Counted from the stretch's first letter, positions 19,771 through 31,860 are shown. The stretch: 64,000 nt of DNA from an uncultured Actinomycetes bacterium (GCA_963829475.1 CAWHIU010000001.1:11790-75789), one strand, 5' to 3'. The notes: generated by a model from the letters alone, not told the origin. Translations and numbers: made by a program.

Positions 19771-20995
19771 CGGAGGCGTGCCGGGTGGCGCCGGAGGAGT
19801 CGATCCAGGTGATCCGCACCGAGTCGCCGGGGTGGTTGACCCGGAGTGCGGTGCGGAGCTCGGTCGACGAAGAGACGGTCGTTCCGTCGACCGACACGAT
19901 GGTGTCGCCGACGGTGATCCCCGCCGAGTCGGCGGCGCTTCCCGATTCGACCTGAGCGACCGCAGCACCCGCCGAGTCGTCGGCTTCGAGACCGACGCCG
20001 AGCATCGCCCGCTGCGAACCGACGTAGACGCCGTTCGACTCGTCGTTCGACTCGATCTGGTTCGCGATCTTCAGTGCCCGCTCGATCGGAATCGCGTACC
20101 CGACGCCGGTGGTCGACTCGGAGTAGGAGCTGGGACCGAAGCCGAACTGCGAGCCACCCGTGCTCTCGGCCGCGCTGTTGATGCCGATGACCTGACCCTG
20201 GGCGTTGAGGAGCGGCCCACCGGAGTCCCCGGGCTGGATGTCGGCCTGCACCTCGATCATGTCGCGCAGCGTCTCGGCGTTGCTGCCATCCCGGTCGCCC
20301 GCGGTGATCGTCTTCGAGGTGTCGGACACCACACCGCTCACGACGGTCGGCGTGCCGAACGTGCCCTGCGCGTTGCCGATCGCGACGACGGCGTCGTTCA
20401 CGTTGACGTTCGAGCTGCTCCCGACGGTGATGGTCTTCATGTTCGACGCGTTCTGGAGCTGCAGCAACGCGACGTCGTCGGCAACGTCGTAGCCGACCAC
20501 CGTCGCGCTGTAGGTCTTGCCGGTCACACCGATCTGGACGCGAATCTTCTCGGCACCGTCGATCACGTGGTTGTTGGTGACGACCTTGCCCGACTTGGTG
20601 ATCACCATGCCGGTGCCGGCGGCTTCACCGTCGGCGAGCGTCGTCTGGATGTTGACGATCGCCGGGTTCGCGGAGTTGGCGATCCCGTTGACATCGATCG
20701 AGGACGAGCTGTTCCCCGACGAGCTCCCCGACGAGTTGTCGGACTGGCCGAGGGTCGAGTCGGCGGCGCGGAACGGCGCTTGCGCCGTGGACGTCGATGC
20801 CGCGTCGCCTCCCCACTGCGACTCCGCGGCACTGCCGAGCGCGGCGGAGCCGGCGATGATGACGACGCCGGCGACCACGAGCGCGAGCCAGCGCATCGGC
20901 GAGGGGCGGGTCGGCCGAGGTGAGGTGGGTGGTGGCCACCCGGCACTCGGGGGAACCGGGGGTGCAGGGGGAATCGAGGACCCGTCGTACGACAT
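19742..20995 (-). CDS. HtrA/DegP-like serine protease with PDZ domain
   Basis: VVTNNHVI; DVALLQL; IQPGDSGGPL; C-terminal PDZ; N-terminal TM. Confidence 0.95.
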   Translation of the reverse strand: MSYDGSSIPPAPPVPPSAGWPPPTSPRPTRPSPMRWLALVVAGVVIIAGSAALGSAAESQWGGDAASTSTAQAPFRAADSTLGQSDNSSGSSSGNSSSSIDVNGIANSANPAIVNIQTTLADGEAAGTGMVITKSGKVVTNNHVIDGAEKIRVQIGVTGKTYSATVVGYDVADDVALLQLQNASNMKTITVGSSSNVNVNDAVVAIGNAQGTFGTPTVVSGVVSDTSKTITAGDRDGSNAETLRDMIEVQADIQPGDSGGPLLNAQGQVIGINSAAESTGGSQFGFGPSSYSESTTGVGYAIPIERALKIANQIESNDESNGVYVGSQRAMLGVGLEADDSAGAAVAQVESGSAADSAGITVGDTIVSVDGTTVSSSTELRTALRVNHPGDSVRITWIDSSGATRHASVKLGSGPPA

Positions 20996-21130
20996 GCAGG
21001 TCAGTGTGGCTGATCGACCCATGACCCGTCTGCACGCGCCATGAGAGGTTTCTGAGAAGCCGGGCCCGCCACCTACGATGCGGACGACCCGGCCCGGGGT
21101 CGGCCACCTCCGAAACGGCGAGCGGAGCTC

Positions 21131-24100
21131 ATGGACAGCGAGACCGTCGCGACGACGGTGCTACGACCGTATCTGCCGCGCCTCGTGCTCGAGTGGGTCG
21201 TCGACGATCCCACCGTGCGGTGGAAGGCGATCGAGGGCACGTTCGTCTTCGCCGACCTGTCGGGCTTCACCAAGATGTCGGAACGACTCGCGCGCCTCGG
21301 TCGGCTCGGCGCCGAGGAAGTCACCGAATCGATCGGTACGTGCTTCACGGAGCTGCTCCAGATCGCTTACAACGACGGTGGCGGTCTCATCAAGTTCGGT
21401 GGCGATGCGCTCTTCCTCTTCTTCGACGGGCCCGATCACGTCGTCCGTGCGACCAGGAGCGCGGCCGGGATGCGCAGCCGACTCCGGACCGCGGGCAGGT
21501 TCGTCACGTCGGCCGGCAACGTCACCCTTCGGATGTCGCTCGGCGTGCACACCGACACGTTCCACTGCTTCCTGGTCGGTGGGTCGAGTCGGGAGTTGAT
21601 CGTCGCAGGCGCGGCCGCGAGCACCGCCGTTGCGATGGAGGGCGCCGCGACCGCCGGCCGGATCGTGATCAGCCCCGAGACCGCCGCTGCGCTCCCCGAC
21701 CGCGCGCACGGTGCCGGCCTCGGGCCCGGAGTGCTGCTCGCCCGGGCTCCCACCGGCGCGCCCCCGGCGGGGTTCCCCCAGATTCCTCCGCTCGAAGGCG
21801 TCGATCTCACCGGGTACGTGCCGACCGACGTGCGGACCCACGCAGTCGGCGGAGGCCAGGACGCCGAACACCGGACGGTGACGGTCGCGTTCGTCCACTT
21901 CGACGGTGTCGACGGGTTCCTTGCGCGCGAGGGACCCGACCGGACGGCCGACGCGCTCGAGGAGGTCGTCGTCGCGGTCCAGGACGCGTGTGAGCAGAAC
22001 GGCATCGCGTTGCTTGCCACCGATGTCGACGCCGACGGCGGCAAGTTGATGCTCGCGTCCGGTGCACCGCGGGCGCGTGGCCAGGCCGAGGAGCGCATGC
22101 TGGCGGCGACCCGGCGCATCGTCGAGGCGAACACCGAGCTTGGCGTGCGGATCGGAGTGCACCGTGGGCCGGTGTTCGCCGGCGACGTCGGACCGCCGTA
22201 CCGGCGCACGTACACCGTGATGGGCGACACGGTGAACCTCGCGGCCCGGTTGATGGGCGCGGCGCAGCCGGGCCAGATCGTCACGACCGCCGACGTCCTC
22301 GACCGGTCGCCCACATTCGGCGGCGACGCCCTGCCACCGATGCGCGTGAAGGGCAAACGGGCCCCGGTCCATGCCTTCGCCGTGGCCGGATCCCGCCGGG
22401 CGCGCGCGGGCAGAAGCCCCGGATCCGAGCTCCCGTTCGTCGGCCGCGACACCGAGCTCCACACCCTCGAGGGAATGCTGGCCGCCGCACGCGGCGGAGC
22501 CGGCACCGTCGTCGAGATCGTCGGCCCACCGGGGATCGGCAAGTCGCGTCTGGTCGCCGAGCTCGAAGCGAGTGCCCCCGATTTCCGATCACTCGTCGTC
22601 ACGTGCGAGCCCTATGAGTCGAGCACTCCCTATGCCGCGCTGTGGTGGCTGCTCCACCGCGTCCTCGACGTCGCCCCGGACACTCCGCCCGATCCGCTCA
22701 TCCGTCGACTCGCCGCGGCAGTCGAGACCGACTCACCTCACCTCGCACCGTGGCTCCCGCTCATCGGCACCGTCCTCGACCTCGACCTCCCCGACACCGA
22801 CGAGACCGCCGCACTCGCACCGCGCTTTCGCCGCGAGCGCACCGCGGAAGCGACAGCCGCGTTCCTCGACGCGCAGCTCACCGGGCCGACCGTGCTCGTC
22901 TTCGAAGACACCCAGTGGCTCGACGACGCATCACGCGAGCTCGTCGAGCTCCTCGTGACGAAGGCGGAAGGGGTGCCATGGATGATCGCCTGCACCCGGG
23001 TCCCCGACGCGTCGCCGATCGGTCAGACCTCGACGGCGGGCGACGCGTCGATCCTCGACCTCGTGCCGCTCACCCGCGACGCGAGCACCGCGGCGCTGCT
23101 CCGCGCGACCGAGGACTCGCCGCTGCTCCCGCATCAGCTCGATGCGCTCACCACCCGCGCCGAGGGCAACCCGCTGTTCCTCACCGAGCTGCTCCGCGTC
23201 GTCCTTGACTCCGAGTCGACCGGCATTGCGAACGACGCCGCGCTCCCCGACACCATCGACGCGCTGGTCACCGCGCAGATCGACCGTCTTCCGCCTGCTC
23301 GGCGCCGGCTGCTGCGCTACGCCGCGGTTCTCGGTCGGACCTTCTCACTGCGCGATCTGGAGGCCCTGCTGGCGGACGACCTCGCGCCGCCCGATGCGAG
23401 CGTGTGGGTCGAGCTCACCGACTTCGTCGAGCTGCAGACCGGGGGCGGGCACGGTTCCGACACGCGCTGATTCGCGACACCGCGTACGAGGAGCTGTCGT
23501 ACCGACGCCGAAGGGAGCTGCACGGTCGCGCCGCTCAGATGCTGGAGCAAGCGGTCGGCGAGCACGTCGAGACCGAGGCCGAGCTCCTCTCGATGCACTT
23601 CTTCGCCGCGCAGGAGCATCACGACGCTTGGCGCTATGCGTGCCTGGCCGGCCGGCGAGCCGACGACAAGTACGCCAACGTCGACGCCGCCGCGCTCTTC
23701 GAACGGGCGCTCGCCGCGGCTCGGCGACTCCCCGATCTCGCCGGTGCGGCGGTCGCCGACGTGTGGGAAGCACTGGGCGACGTCCGCGAACGCACGGGCA
23801 ACTACGACGCCGCGCTCACGGCCTACCGGACGGCGCGACAGCTCATCCGCGACGACCCCGTCGGGGAGTCGGGCCTGTTGCTCAAGACGGCGAAGATCCA
23901 GGAGCGGACCGGGCGCTACTCCGGAGCGATCCGGTGGATCCGCAAGGGCCTCGCGGTGCTCGACGGGGTCCCCGGCCCGGCGGCGGCTCAGCGACGCGCC
24001 CGGCTCGCGTCGTGGTTCGGAGTGATCCGGCTGGCCCAGGGCCGCGCCAAGGAGGCCGTCGAATGGTGCGGGCGGGCGATCGACGCGGCTGTCGCCGCCG

Positions 24101-24966
24101 GCGACCGGGAAGGCGAAGCCCACGCCTGCCAGACCCTCGACTGGGCCTACGTGAGCCTCGGCCGACGAGACCAGGCGGTCTACTCGGCGCGTGCGCTCGA
24201 GCTCTTCGAAGCCCTCGACGACCTGAGCGGCCAGGCCGGGGTCCTGAACAACCTCGGCGTGTTCGCCTACTACGTGGGTGAGTGGGACAAGGCCGTCGAC
24301 TACTACGAGCAGGCCGGCGCGCTGGAGCTCCGCACCGGGAACGCGGTGCATGCAGCCGTTGCGGCGGTGAATGTCGGTGAGGTGCTCGCCGACCAGGGTC
24401 ACCTCGACGCAGCCGAGGAGATGGTGCGCGACGCCCTCCGGGTCTTCCGCGCCGCACGGTACGGCTACAACATCGGATTCTCGACGAGCATCCTCGGCCG
24501 GATCGCCGCTCGAAGGGGTCACTACGACGAAGCCCTCGAGCATCTCGGGCGCGCCCACGAGGAGCTCGTGAACGCGGAGCTCGCCGCCGACGTGCTGGTC
24601 GCCGACGCCTGGACCGCTGAGGCCGTCGCGCTGTCGGGTGACGCGGTGCGCGCGCTGGAGCTCGCGGACTCGGCGCTGGCGCGGGTCACCGACGACGATG
24701 CGGCGGCGGAGGGGCCGGTGACCCTGCTCCGTGTACGGGGCGCGGCCCTCGCCCAGCTCGGTGACCGCGATGCAGCCATCGCGACGCTGCGCGCCAGCAT
24801 CGCGGCCGCGCGCGAGCACGCAGTCGACTACGAGGTCGCGCTGGGGCTCGAGCTCCTCGGCCGACTCACCGACGACGCCGAAGCCTCGGCCGAGTGTGCC
24901 GTGATCTTCGAACGTCTCGGCGTGCGGCGGGTCCCGGAGTTCCCGCTCGCACGCCGGACGTCGTGA
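21131..24966 (+). CDS. Adenylate/guanylate cyclase (two class III domains) + AAA/STAND ATPase + TPR repeats, frameshift ~23445
   Basis: FADLSGFT, KFGGDA, YTVMGDTVNLAARLM; GPPGIGKSRL; FEDTQWLD; EGNPLF; FRHALIRDTAY; TPR-like LNNLG repeats. Confidence 0.9.
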
Positions 24967-24986
24967 GTCTTCTCGTTCGCCCGGTG

Positions 24987-27050
24987 CTACCGCCGCTTCG
25001 ACGGATCGCCGGAGAGGAACAGGGTGGTGTACCGAAGGTCACCGTTGCCGAGCTGCTCCTTCACGTCGGAGCAGGGTGACGGTGATGCGATCCCGGTGTG
25101 ACCACCGGTCACCAGGCCGACCAGGAACCGGGCGAGCGCGAGATCCTTCTTCTCACCGGGCTTCGAGCACGGCAGGATGGCCTCGTACTTGGTCTTGCCG
25201 TCCTTGAGCACGAACTCCGGCTGCAGCAGCCCGAGACCGGCCACCGACTTGTCGTAGATGGTGACGACCTTGATGGGCTTGGTCGGGTCGCTGTACCCGG
25301 GGAACGGGTTCCAGGTGACCGTCTTGCCGAGACAGGTGCCCGATGCGCACGGAGCCGACGTGATCGTGACGACTGCGCCGGGACCGTTGTTCGGGAGCGT
25401 GAGCGACGACACGGTGTTGTCGCCGGTCGTCGCATCCGCGCCGGTGGTGAGCGTCCCGCCCGGTGGGATGAAGCCGGTCGCCGTTCCCGGGGTGGCAGCC
25501 GCGACCGTCGTCGTCGAGACGGCCGGACCGGCCGACCCGCCACCCGACGAGGCGGTCGTGGCCGAGGTGGAGAAGGTTCCCCCCACCGGAACGGCAGCCG
25601 GGGCCTGGAGGACGAACTTCACGTTCGCGCTCCCGCCGGCGATGACGGTACCGAGGGTGCAGGTGACCGCACCCGAGACGACAGCACCACAGGAGCCCTG
25701 ACTCGGGGCGGCGCTGACGAGCGTGACCCCGGCCGGAACGGTCATGGCCACCGAGACCCCGGTCGCCGAGGCTCCCCCGGTGTTGGAGACGGTCACCGTC
25801 CGGGTCGCGTCGGCGCCGGCCGTCACCGTTGCCGGTTGACCGTCGGACGTGACCGCGAGCACCGAGATCGACGTGACCGTGACCGGCGCGGTGTCGCCGG
25901 TCGGCACGACCGTATAGCCGGGGGCGGTTGCGGTCGCGTTGTTGCTGTAGGTGCCGGCCGCACCGGAGACGGTGACACCAAAGTGCAGCGAGACGCTCCC
26001 GTCGCCCGCGACCGAGAACGGGCCGCTCCACGACAGCGAACCGTCGATCGACGGGTCCGCGGTGGTTGCGCCGGTGGTGCTCCCCGAGATGTAGGAGAAC
26101 CCAGCCGGGAGCGAGTCGGCGATCGAGCTCAGGCTCACCGCGTTGACGTTCGGGTTGTGGATCGTGATCGTGTAGCCGTTGGTTCCACCGGCCGGAGTCG
26201 TGGCCGCGTCGGCGGTCTTGGTGACCGTGAGCGGCACGATGCCGAGTGGGGAGAAGGTGAGGATCGACGAGATGGTGGTGGTCGCGCCGGCCGCGAGGCC
26301 GACATCCCAGCTCAGGCCCGCGCCGTTGTCGATGTTGCTCCCGCAGACGCAGGTGTTCGGGAACGCCGACTGCGCGGTGATCGTCGACCAGACGGTGGCG
26401 AAACCGGATTCGAGGTACGCACTACCGGGCGTGACGGGAAGGAACTGTTCGATGCGATCCGAGCCCTCCGCCGCGCTCGTGCACGCCACCGCACCGCTCG
26501 ATGCCTCGACGGCGCCGAATCCGGAGTCGGAGTCCTGGAGGTAGCAGTCGCCGGCACGGTAGAGCCGCACGCTGGTGGCGGCCTCCCCGGTGTTGGCGAT
26601 CGCGACGTCGGTCCGGTACGACTCGGAGCCCACGACGTAGGTGTCGGTCTGGGTGAGACGCACACCCGTCGCTCCGGCGTCGACGACCGTGACGACGCGG
26701 TAGGGACTCTCGGTGGTACCGGATCCGGTCGGACCGACCTGCGAAACGGGCGTCCAGGGCGTGCCCGGTTGGCCGGCGGGAATCGCGGCGGGGCTGTACA
26801 TCACTCCACCGATGACCGCGAACGTGCCGCACGCGGTGGCGCCGTAGAACTCGCCGTGCGTGTCACCCGTGTGATCGACCGCGCAGTTCAGGTCGGGGGA
26901 TGTCGTGACACCGGTCAGCGGTCCCCCCGACGCGATGGTCGACGCGCCGGCCGGCTCGGACGCGAGGACGACCGCCGGGACCGCGCCGATCAATCCCCCA
27001 CATATCGCCAGAACCATCACAAGTGCGAATGCACGGACTCTTCCGATCAT
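24987..27050 (-). CDS. Secreted DUF11-repeat beta-sandwich protein
   Basis: Signal peptide; LTVTKTAD...YTITIHN...DSLPAGFSYISGST; second unit TVSNTGGASATGV...PSQGSC. Confidence 0.75.
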   Translation of the reverse strand: MIGRVRAFALVMVLAICGGLIGAVPAVVLASEPAGASTIASGGPLTGVTTSPDLNCAVDHTGDTHGEFYGATACGTFAVIGGVMYSPAAIPAGQPGTPWTPVSQVGPTGSGTTESPYRVVTVVDAGATGVRLTQTDTYVVGSESYRTDVAIANTGEAATSVRLYRAGDCYLQDSDSGFGAVEASSGAVACTSAAEGSDRIEQFLPVTPGSAYLESGFATVWSTITAQSAFPNTCVCGSNIDNGAGLSWDVGLAAGATTTISSILTFSPLGIVPLTVTKTADAATTPAGGTNGYTITIHNPNVNAVSLSSIADSLPAGFSYISGSTTGATTADPSIDGSLSWSGPFSVAGDGSVSLHFGVTVSGAAGTYSNNATATAPGYTVVPTGDTAPVTVTSISVLAVTSDGQPATVTAGADATRTVTVSNTGGASATGVSVAMTVPAGVTLVSAAPSQGSCGAVVSGAVTCTLGTVIAGGSANVKFVLQAPAAVPVGGTFSTSATTASSGGGSAGPAVSTTTVAAATPGTATGFIPPGGTLTTGADATTGDNTVSSLTLPNNGPGAVVTITSAPCASGTCLGKTVTWNPFPGYSDPTKPIKVVTIYDKSVAGLGLLQPEFVLKDGKTKYEAILPCSKPGEKKDLALARFLVGLVTGGHTGIASPSPCSDVKEQLGNGDLRYTTLFLSGDPSKRR

Positions 27051-27269
27051 CGGTCCTGCCTCCCTGCTCGACGCCCGATTCGGCCGGACAGTAGGGGCCG
27101 GACACCCGGACCTGCCACTTGCTGTGAGCGCTGTTGCCGCATTTCACGCGATGCTCACGCAAGGAGCACGCCGGGTGACCTTGGAGAGGCTCACCGCGCG
27201 ATTCGAACGGACCCGGCCGCGCTGGGAGCACCCCGCGGCATGCACCATCATGGTGGGGTGCAGCGACCC

Positions 27270-28178
27270 GTGACCGCACCGAGTGCCGAGACCGACGCGC
27301 CGACGGCATGGCCGCTGCCGCCACGGCGGAGTCGGTTCGCCGGCGGCGCGGCGGCCACCCGAGCCGCCACCCGGAAGGGCGCGGCGGCAACCCGTTCGGC
27401 CACCCGCTCGGCGACGCAACGGGGCGCGACGGTGTCGCGCAACGCGGCGAGGCTCGCGAGCGAATTCGCCCGGACGCGAGGCGTGCAGATCACTGCGCAG
27501 AGCCGGGAGGCTGCGGCCCAGATCATGCGCGAACACGGACCCGAGCTGCGCGACTCCCTCTGGCGACTCCGGAAGGTGCGCACACCCCAGGGCGCGCTGC
27601 AGGCGCTGGAGTCGGAGATCGAGCACTTGCTCTTTGCTGTCGCGCCGACGCTCGTCGAGCACCCGCTGCCCGTCCGACGAGCCACCTCGGCGCGGGTCCT
27701 CGTCGGTGGGACCGCGGCCGCCGTCGCGATCGGGGAGGGCCTCGACGAGGTGGCGGCCCTGTTCTCATCGGGGACCTCGATCGCGCCGTCGCTGCCCGTG
27801 CTCGTCGCCGCCGCGTTCCTGTCGGTCGCGGTCGAGGCGACCGTGGCGACATCGCTACGGGTCAACGACCTCCGCGCCGCGGGAGTGGTCGTCTCGCCCG
27901 ACGCCGTGTCGCGCGACGTGATCTTCGCAATGGCGGGCGGACGTGGCGCCGCCCACGGAGCAGTCACCCGTCAGCTCCTGAACAAGGTCGCGGCGCGCAC
28001 GCTCGCGCGTTGGGGCGCCGGGCTGGTTCCGATCATGGGCGCGGTGTACTGCGCGTGGGACGCGCAGCAGACCATCGGCGCGGTGCGTCGCCTCCCAGCG
28101 CCGTTCCACACCGGGAGCGCGCCGATCATCGTCCGCAGTCACACCACCACCGCAGTGCCCCCCGTCGCACCCGCGTAG
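27270..28178 (+). CDS. Hypothetical membrane-associated protein, EcsC-like C-terminus
   Basis: 3' part of ORF 25098-28178; LARWGAGLVPIMGAVYCAWD. Confidence 0.55.
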   Translation: MTAPSAETDAPTAWPLPPRRSRFAGGAAATRAATRKGAAATRSATRSATQRGATVSRNAARLASEFARTRGVQITAQSREAAAQIMREHGPELRDSLWRLRKVRTPQGALQALESEIEHLLFAVAPTLVEHPLPVRRATSARVLVGGTAAAVAIGEGLDEVAALFSSGTSIAPSLPVLVAAAFLSVAVEATVATSLRVNDLRAAGVVVSPDAVSRDVIFAMAGGRGAAHGAVTRQLLNKVAARTLARWGAGLVPIMGAVYCAWDAQQTIGAVRRLPAPFHTGSAPIIVRSHTTTAVPPVAPA

Positions 28179-28201
28179 CCTGCAGGGTGTGTGGGACGAA
28201 C

Positions 28202-29831
28202 GTGGCGAGTGATTGGAGCTTTGCGGCGGTCTGGAGCGCGATCGCGGCCGCAGCGCCCGATCGCGAGGCCATCGTGTGCGGAACGCAGCGACGCACCTGG
28301 TCCGACTTCGACGACCGGGCCAGTCGGCTGGCGAGCCACTTCTGGGCCGAGGGCCTCCGCCCCGGCGACAAGGTCGCGATCGATCTCCTGAACCGGCCCG
28401 AGTATCTCGAGACCTTCGCCGCGGCGCTCCTCCTCGGGTGCGTGCCGGTCAACGTCAACTACCGGTACGGCCCCACCGAGACCGGCGACGTCATCGACGA
28501 CTCCGACGCGAAGATCGTGATCCACGAGCCCGACCTCGCCTCGACGGTGAAGAAGGGCATCGCCAAGATCGGGAAGAAGTGGCGGCCGTCGATGCTCGCA
28601 CGGGGCGCCGACTACGAGGCGGCCGATCGCCGCGGCATCACCCGACGGTCCGTGGCGCGACCGCCCGCCCGCCGGCGACGACCTCGTCTTCTTGTACACG
28701 GGCGGGACCACCGGCACGCCGAAGGGCGTGATGTGGCGGAGCGACGACCTCTACGTCGCGCTGTGGGAGATGGCGCGTCCCGGCACCGAACCGACTGATC
28801 CCGTCGCTGCGATCACCGCCGGCAAGCGCGCCGCGACGGCGCTCCCCGCGTGTCCGCTCATGCACGGGACCGGACTGTTCATGGCCCTCTCGACGCTGTC
28901 GGGCGGGGGGACCGTCGTGCTCGTCGACTCGATGCAACTCGATCCTGAGCGCATCTGGGGCGAGGTCGAGCGCAACGCGGTGCAGGTCCTCACGATCGTC
29001 GGCGACGCGTTCGCCCGGCCGTTGCTCGATGCGCTCGACGCCGAACCCGCACCGGTGGGACCTCTCGAGCCTCCGGGCCATCACCAGCTCGGGCGTCACC
29101 TGGAGCCCGGCGGTCAAGCGGGGCCTGCTCGGCCACCTCCCGAGGGTCACCATGCTCGACTCGCTCGGCGCGTCGGAGGGATTGATGACCCGGGCCGCCG
29201 CGAAGGCGAGCGACTCCGAGATCGCCCCGGCCCGCTTCGCGGTCAACGACCGGGTGCGGGTGCTGCGCGAGGTCGACGACGCCGACGTGACACCCGGCAC
29301 CGACGAGGTCGGCATGGTCGCGGTCGGCGGTCGGATCCCGCTCGGCTACTACCAGGATCCCGAGAAGACCGCGAAGACGTTCCGGGTCGTCGACGGCAAG
29401 CGGTACTCGATCCCCGGCGACTACGCGACGGTCGAGGCCGACGGCACGATCCGGCTGCTCGGCCGAGGCTCGGCCACGGTGAACACCGGTGGCGAGAAGG
29501 TCTACACCGGAGGAGATCGAGCGTACTGCTCAAGAAGAACGCCGCGTGTGTACGACTGCGTGGTCGTCGGCGTCCCCGACGACCGCTTCGGCGAGCGGGT
29601 CGTCGCGCTCGTCCAGGTCGACCGACGGCTACTACACCGACGAAGTGGAGCTGACCGCCGTGTGCCGCTCCAAGCAGCTCGCCGGCTACAAGATCCCGAA
29701 GCGGTTCCTGTTCGTCGACTCGCTTGAACCGGGCTCCGAACGGCAAGGCCGACTACAACCTCCTCAAGGAGATGGCCGCCGACCTCCTCGAGATCGAATC
29801 CGGCGGAACCACGACTGGGAGCAGCTCGTAG
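28202..29831 (+). CDS. Acyl-CoA synthetase (FadD19-like AMP-binding), several frameshifts
   Basis: YTGGTTGTPKGVMW; VNVNYRY; PLMHGTG; PLGYYQDPEKTAKTF; IPGDYA; NTGGEKVY; GKADY. Confidence 0.9.
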
Positions 29832-31080
29832 ATGGCCTCGCAACATTTCGTCGTCGACGGATCGAACATCGCAACCGAAGGGCGGACGACGCCGAGCCTC
29901 GCCCAGCTGCAGGAGGCGATGCGCGCCTTCCGTGAGGAGTACCCCGAGGGATCCATCACCGTCGTCGTCGACGCGAGCTTCGCCCACCGCATCGACGAGG
30001 CGGAGCGGGTCGCGTTCGAGCGGGCCGAAGCGCGCGGCGAGCTCGTGTCGCCACCGGCGGGTGCGATCGGTCGAGGCGACGGCTTCCTGCTCCAGATCGC
30101 CGACCGCACGAACGCGACGGTGCTGTCGAACGACTCGTTCCAGGAGTTCCACGGCGAGTACACCTGGCTGTTCGACGTGAGCCGACTGGTCGGCGGCAAG
30201 CCGGTCCCCGGCGTCGGTTGGATCTTCTCGCTGCGCACCCCGGTGCGCGGCGCGAAGAGCCGCATGGCCACGCGGGCAAAGGCGAAGCCCGCACCGGATC
30301 CGGCCACCGAGGCGAAGCCGCCCGCGCGCCCGTCGAAGAAGGTGACCGCGGCGATCGCGGCCGCGACGGCCGAGGCGCTGTCGCCGGCCAAGCGGCGCCC
30401 GCGGCGTCGCAAGGGTCCGTCGCCGGAAGCGGTGAACGAGCCGGCCACGTTCCTCCAGTTCCTCATCGACCACCGGCTCGGGAGCGAGGTCGAGGGGACC
30501 GTCGAGGAGTTCGCGTCGCACGGCGCGTTCGTCGCGGCCGACGGCGTGCGCGCCTACCTGCCGCTCGCGGCGATGGGCGATCCGCCGCCGACCCGGGCGC
30601 GCGACGTGCTCGAGAAGGGCGAGCGCCGCCCGTTCATCGTGCAGGCGGTCGACGCACCGCGTCGCGCCATCGAAGTCGGCCTCCCGGGATTCGCGCACCT
30701 CACCGGCGCCCCGAGCGACGAGATGGTCGAAGAGGTGACCCGGCGACGGACGCGCGAAGAGCACCGGCAAGCCCGCGAAGAAGGCTGCCGCGAACAAGGC
30801 CGGCCCGGCGAAGAAGCGAGTCGCGAAGAAGGGAAGCCCCGTCAAGAAGGCCGACCCGACCAAGAAGGCAGTCGCGAAGAAGGCCGGCCCGGCGAAGAAG
30901 ACGGTCGCCAAGAAGCGCGTCGCGAAGAAGGCTGCGCCCGCGAAGGTGATCACGAAGAAGACGGGCGCGAAGACGGCGAAGGCAGCCGCGAAGAAGACCA
31001 CGGCCAAGCCCGCCGCCGCGAAGGCTGCGAAGCCGGCGAAGAAGACCGTGAAGAAGACGACGAGGAAGAAGGGCGCATAG
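29832..31080 (+). CDS. NYN/PIN (Zc3h12a-like) ribonuclease + S1 RNA-binding domain + Lys/Ala-rich histone-H1-like tail, frameshift ~30750
   Basis: VVDGSNIA, VVVDASF, VLSNDSFQEF; S1-like VEGTVEEFASHGAFV; shifted frame gives PAKKAAA...KKTVKKTTRKKGA* ending at 31080. Confidence 0.8.
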
Positions 31081-31082
31081 CC

Positions 31083-31415
31083 ATGGCCGAGATCCCCGAG
31101 ATCGGTGCGGAAGAAGCCGAGGAGCTCACCGACGCGTTTCTGCTCGACGTGCGCGAAGCCGACGAGTGGTCCGCCGGCCACGCGCCGACCGCGATCTGGA
31201 TTCCGATGGGCGACCTCCAGGCACGTGTCGACGAGCTCCCCCGCGATCGGCAGATCCTCGCGATCTGCCGGTCCGGGAGCCGGTCGGGCGCGGTCGTCGG
31301 GGCGTTGAACGGGGCCGGGTACGACGCCGTGAACGTCGTTGGTGGGATGCAGTCGTGGGCCCGTGCCGGCCTCGACGTGGTCGCTGACGACGGCGCGATC
31401 GGCACCGTCATCTGA
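31083..31415 (+). CDS. Rhodanese-like protein
   Basis: LLDVREADEWSAGH; ICRSGSRS; VVGGMQSW. Confidence 0.9.
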   Translation: MAEIPEIGAEEAEELTDAFLLDVREADEWSAGHAPTAIWIPMGDLQARVDELPRDRQILAICRSGSRSGAVVGALNGAGYDAVNVVGGMQSWARAGLDVVADDGAIGTVI

Positions 31416-31512
31416 GCCGAGGCGCGGCGGAGCTGAGCACCGGCTGAGGATCCTGCCGGCCTTCTGGGGTCACGTTCACCCGACTCTTACGTTCATCGTC
31501 GACCATGGGTCG

Positions 31513-31860
31513 ATGCAGGAACGCCCCGACCCCGCGATCCGGCGCCGTCGGATCACCCGTGGCCGCGTGATCGCGGCCACGTTGAGCGTCAGCAGCGCGG
31601 TGGCGATCACCGCCGCGATCGCGGTGACAGACGATGCTGCTGCCTCCTCGCCGGCGAAGTCGTCGGGCGGGTCGGACCGGACCACCGACAACCAGTACCG
31701 CAGCCCGTCGTCGAACGCACCGTCGTACGGCGACGGCACCCCGTCGTACGGTGGCCCGTCACAGGCCGATCCGTACTCGAACGGCGACGACAGCGGGTTC
31801 TCCGACCCGTCGGTCGCGCCCGATCCGTCTTCCCCGCACACGTCGTCTCGTGGAAGCTGA
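31513..31860 (+). CDS. Small exported low-complexity protein, coupled to apbE
   Basis: Arg-rich N-terminus plus hydrophobic helix; Ser/Gly/Pro-rich body; ends PHTSSRGS; overlaps the apbE start. Confidence 0.6.
   Translation: MQERPDPAIRRRRITRGRVIAATLSVSSAVAITAAIAVTDDAAASSPAKSSGGSDRTTDNQYRSPSSNAPSYGDGTPSYGGPSQADPYSNGDDSGFSDPSVAPDPSSPHTSSRGS

Noticed and set aside
25098-27269. 5' part of the 1026-aa + strand ORF, and other long antisense ORFs
   Set aside because: Shadow frames of real genes on the opposite strand, common at high GC; no recognisable motifs
29832-31415. NYN-S1-rhodanese fusion ORF of 527 aa
   Set aside because: The Arg/Glu-rich linker is the off-frame reading of a PAKK tail that stops at 31080; rhodanese has its own ATG at 31083
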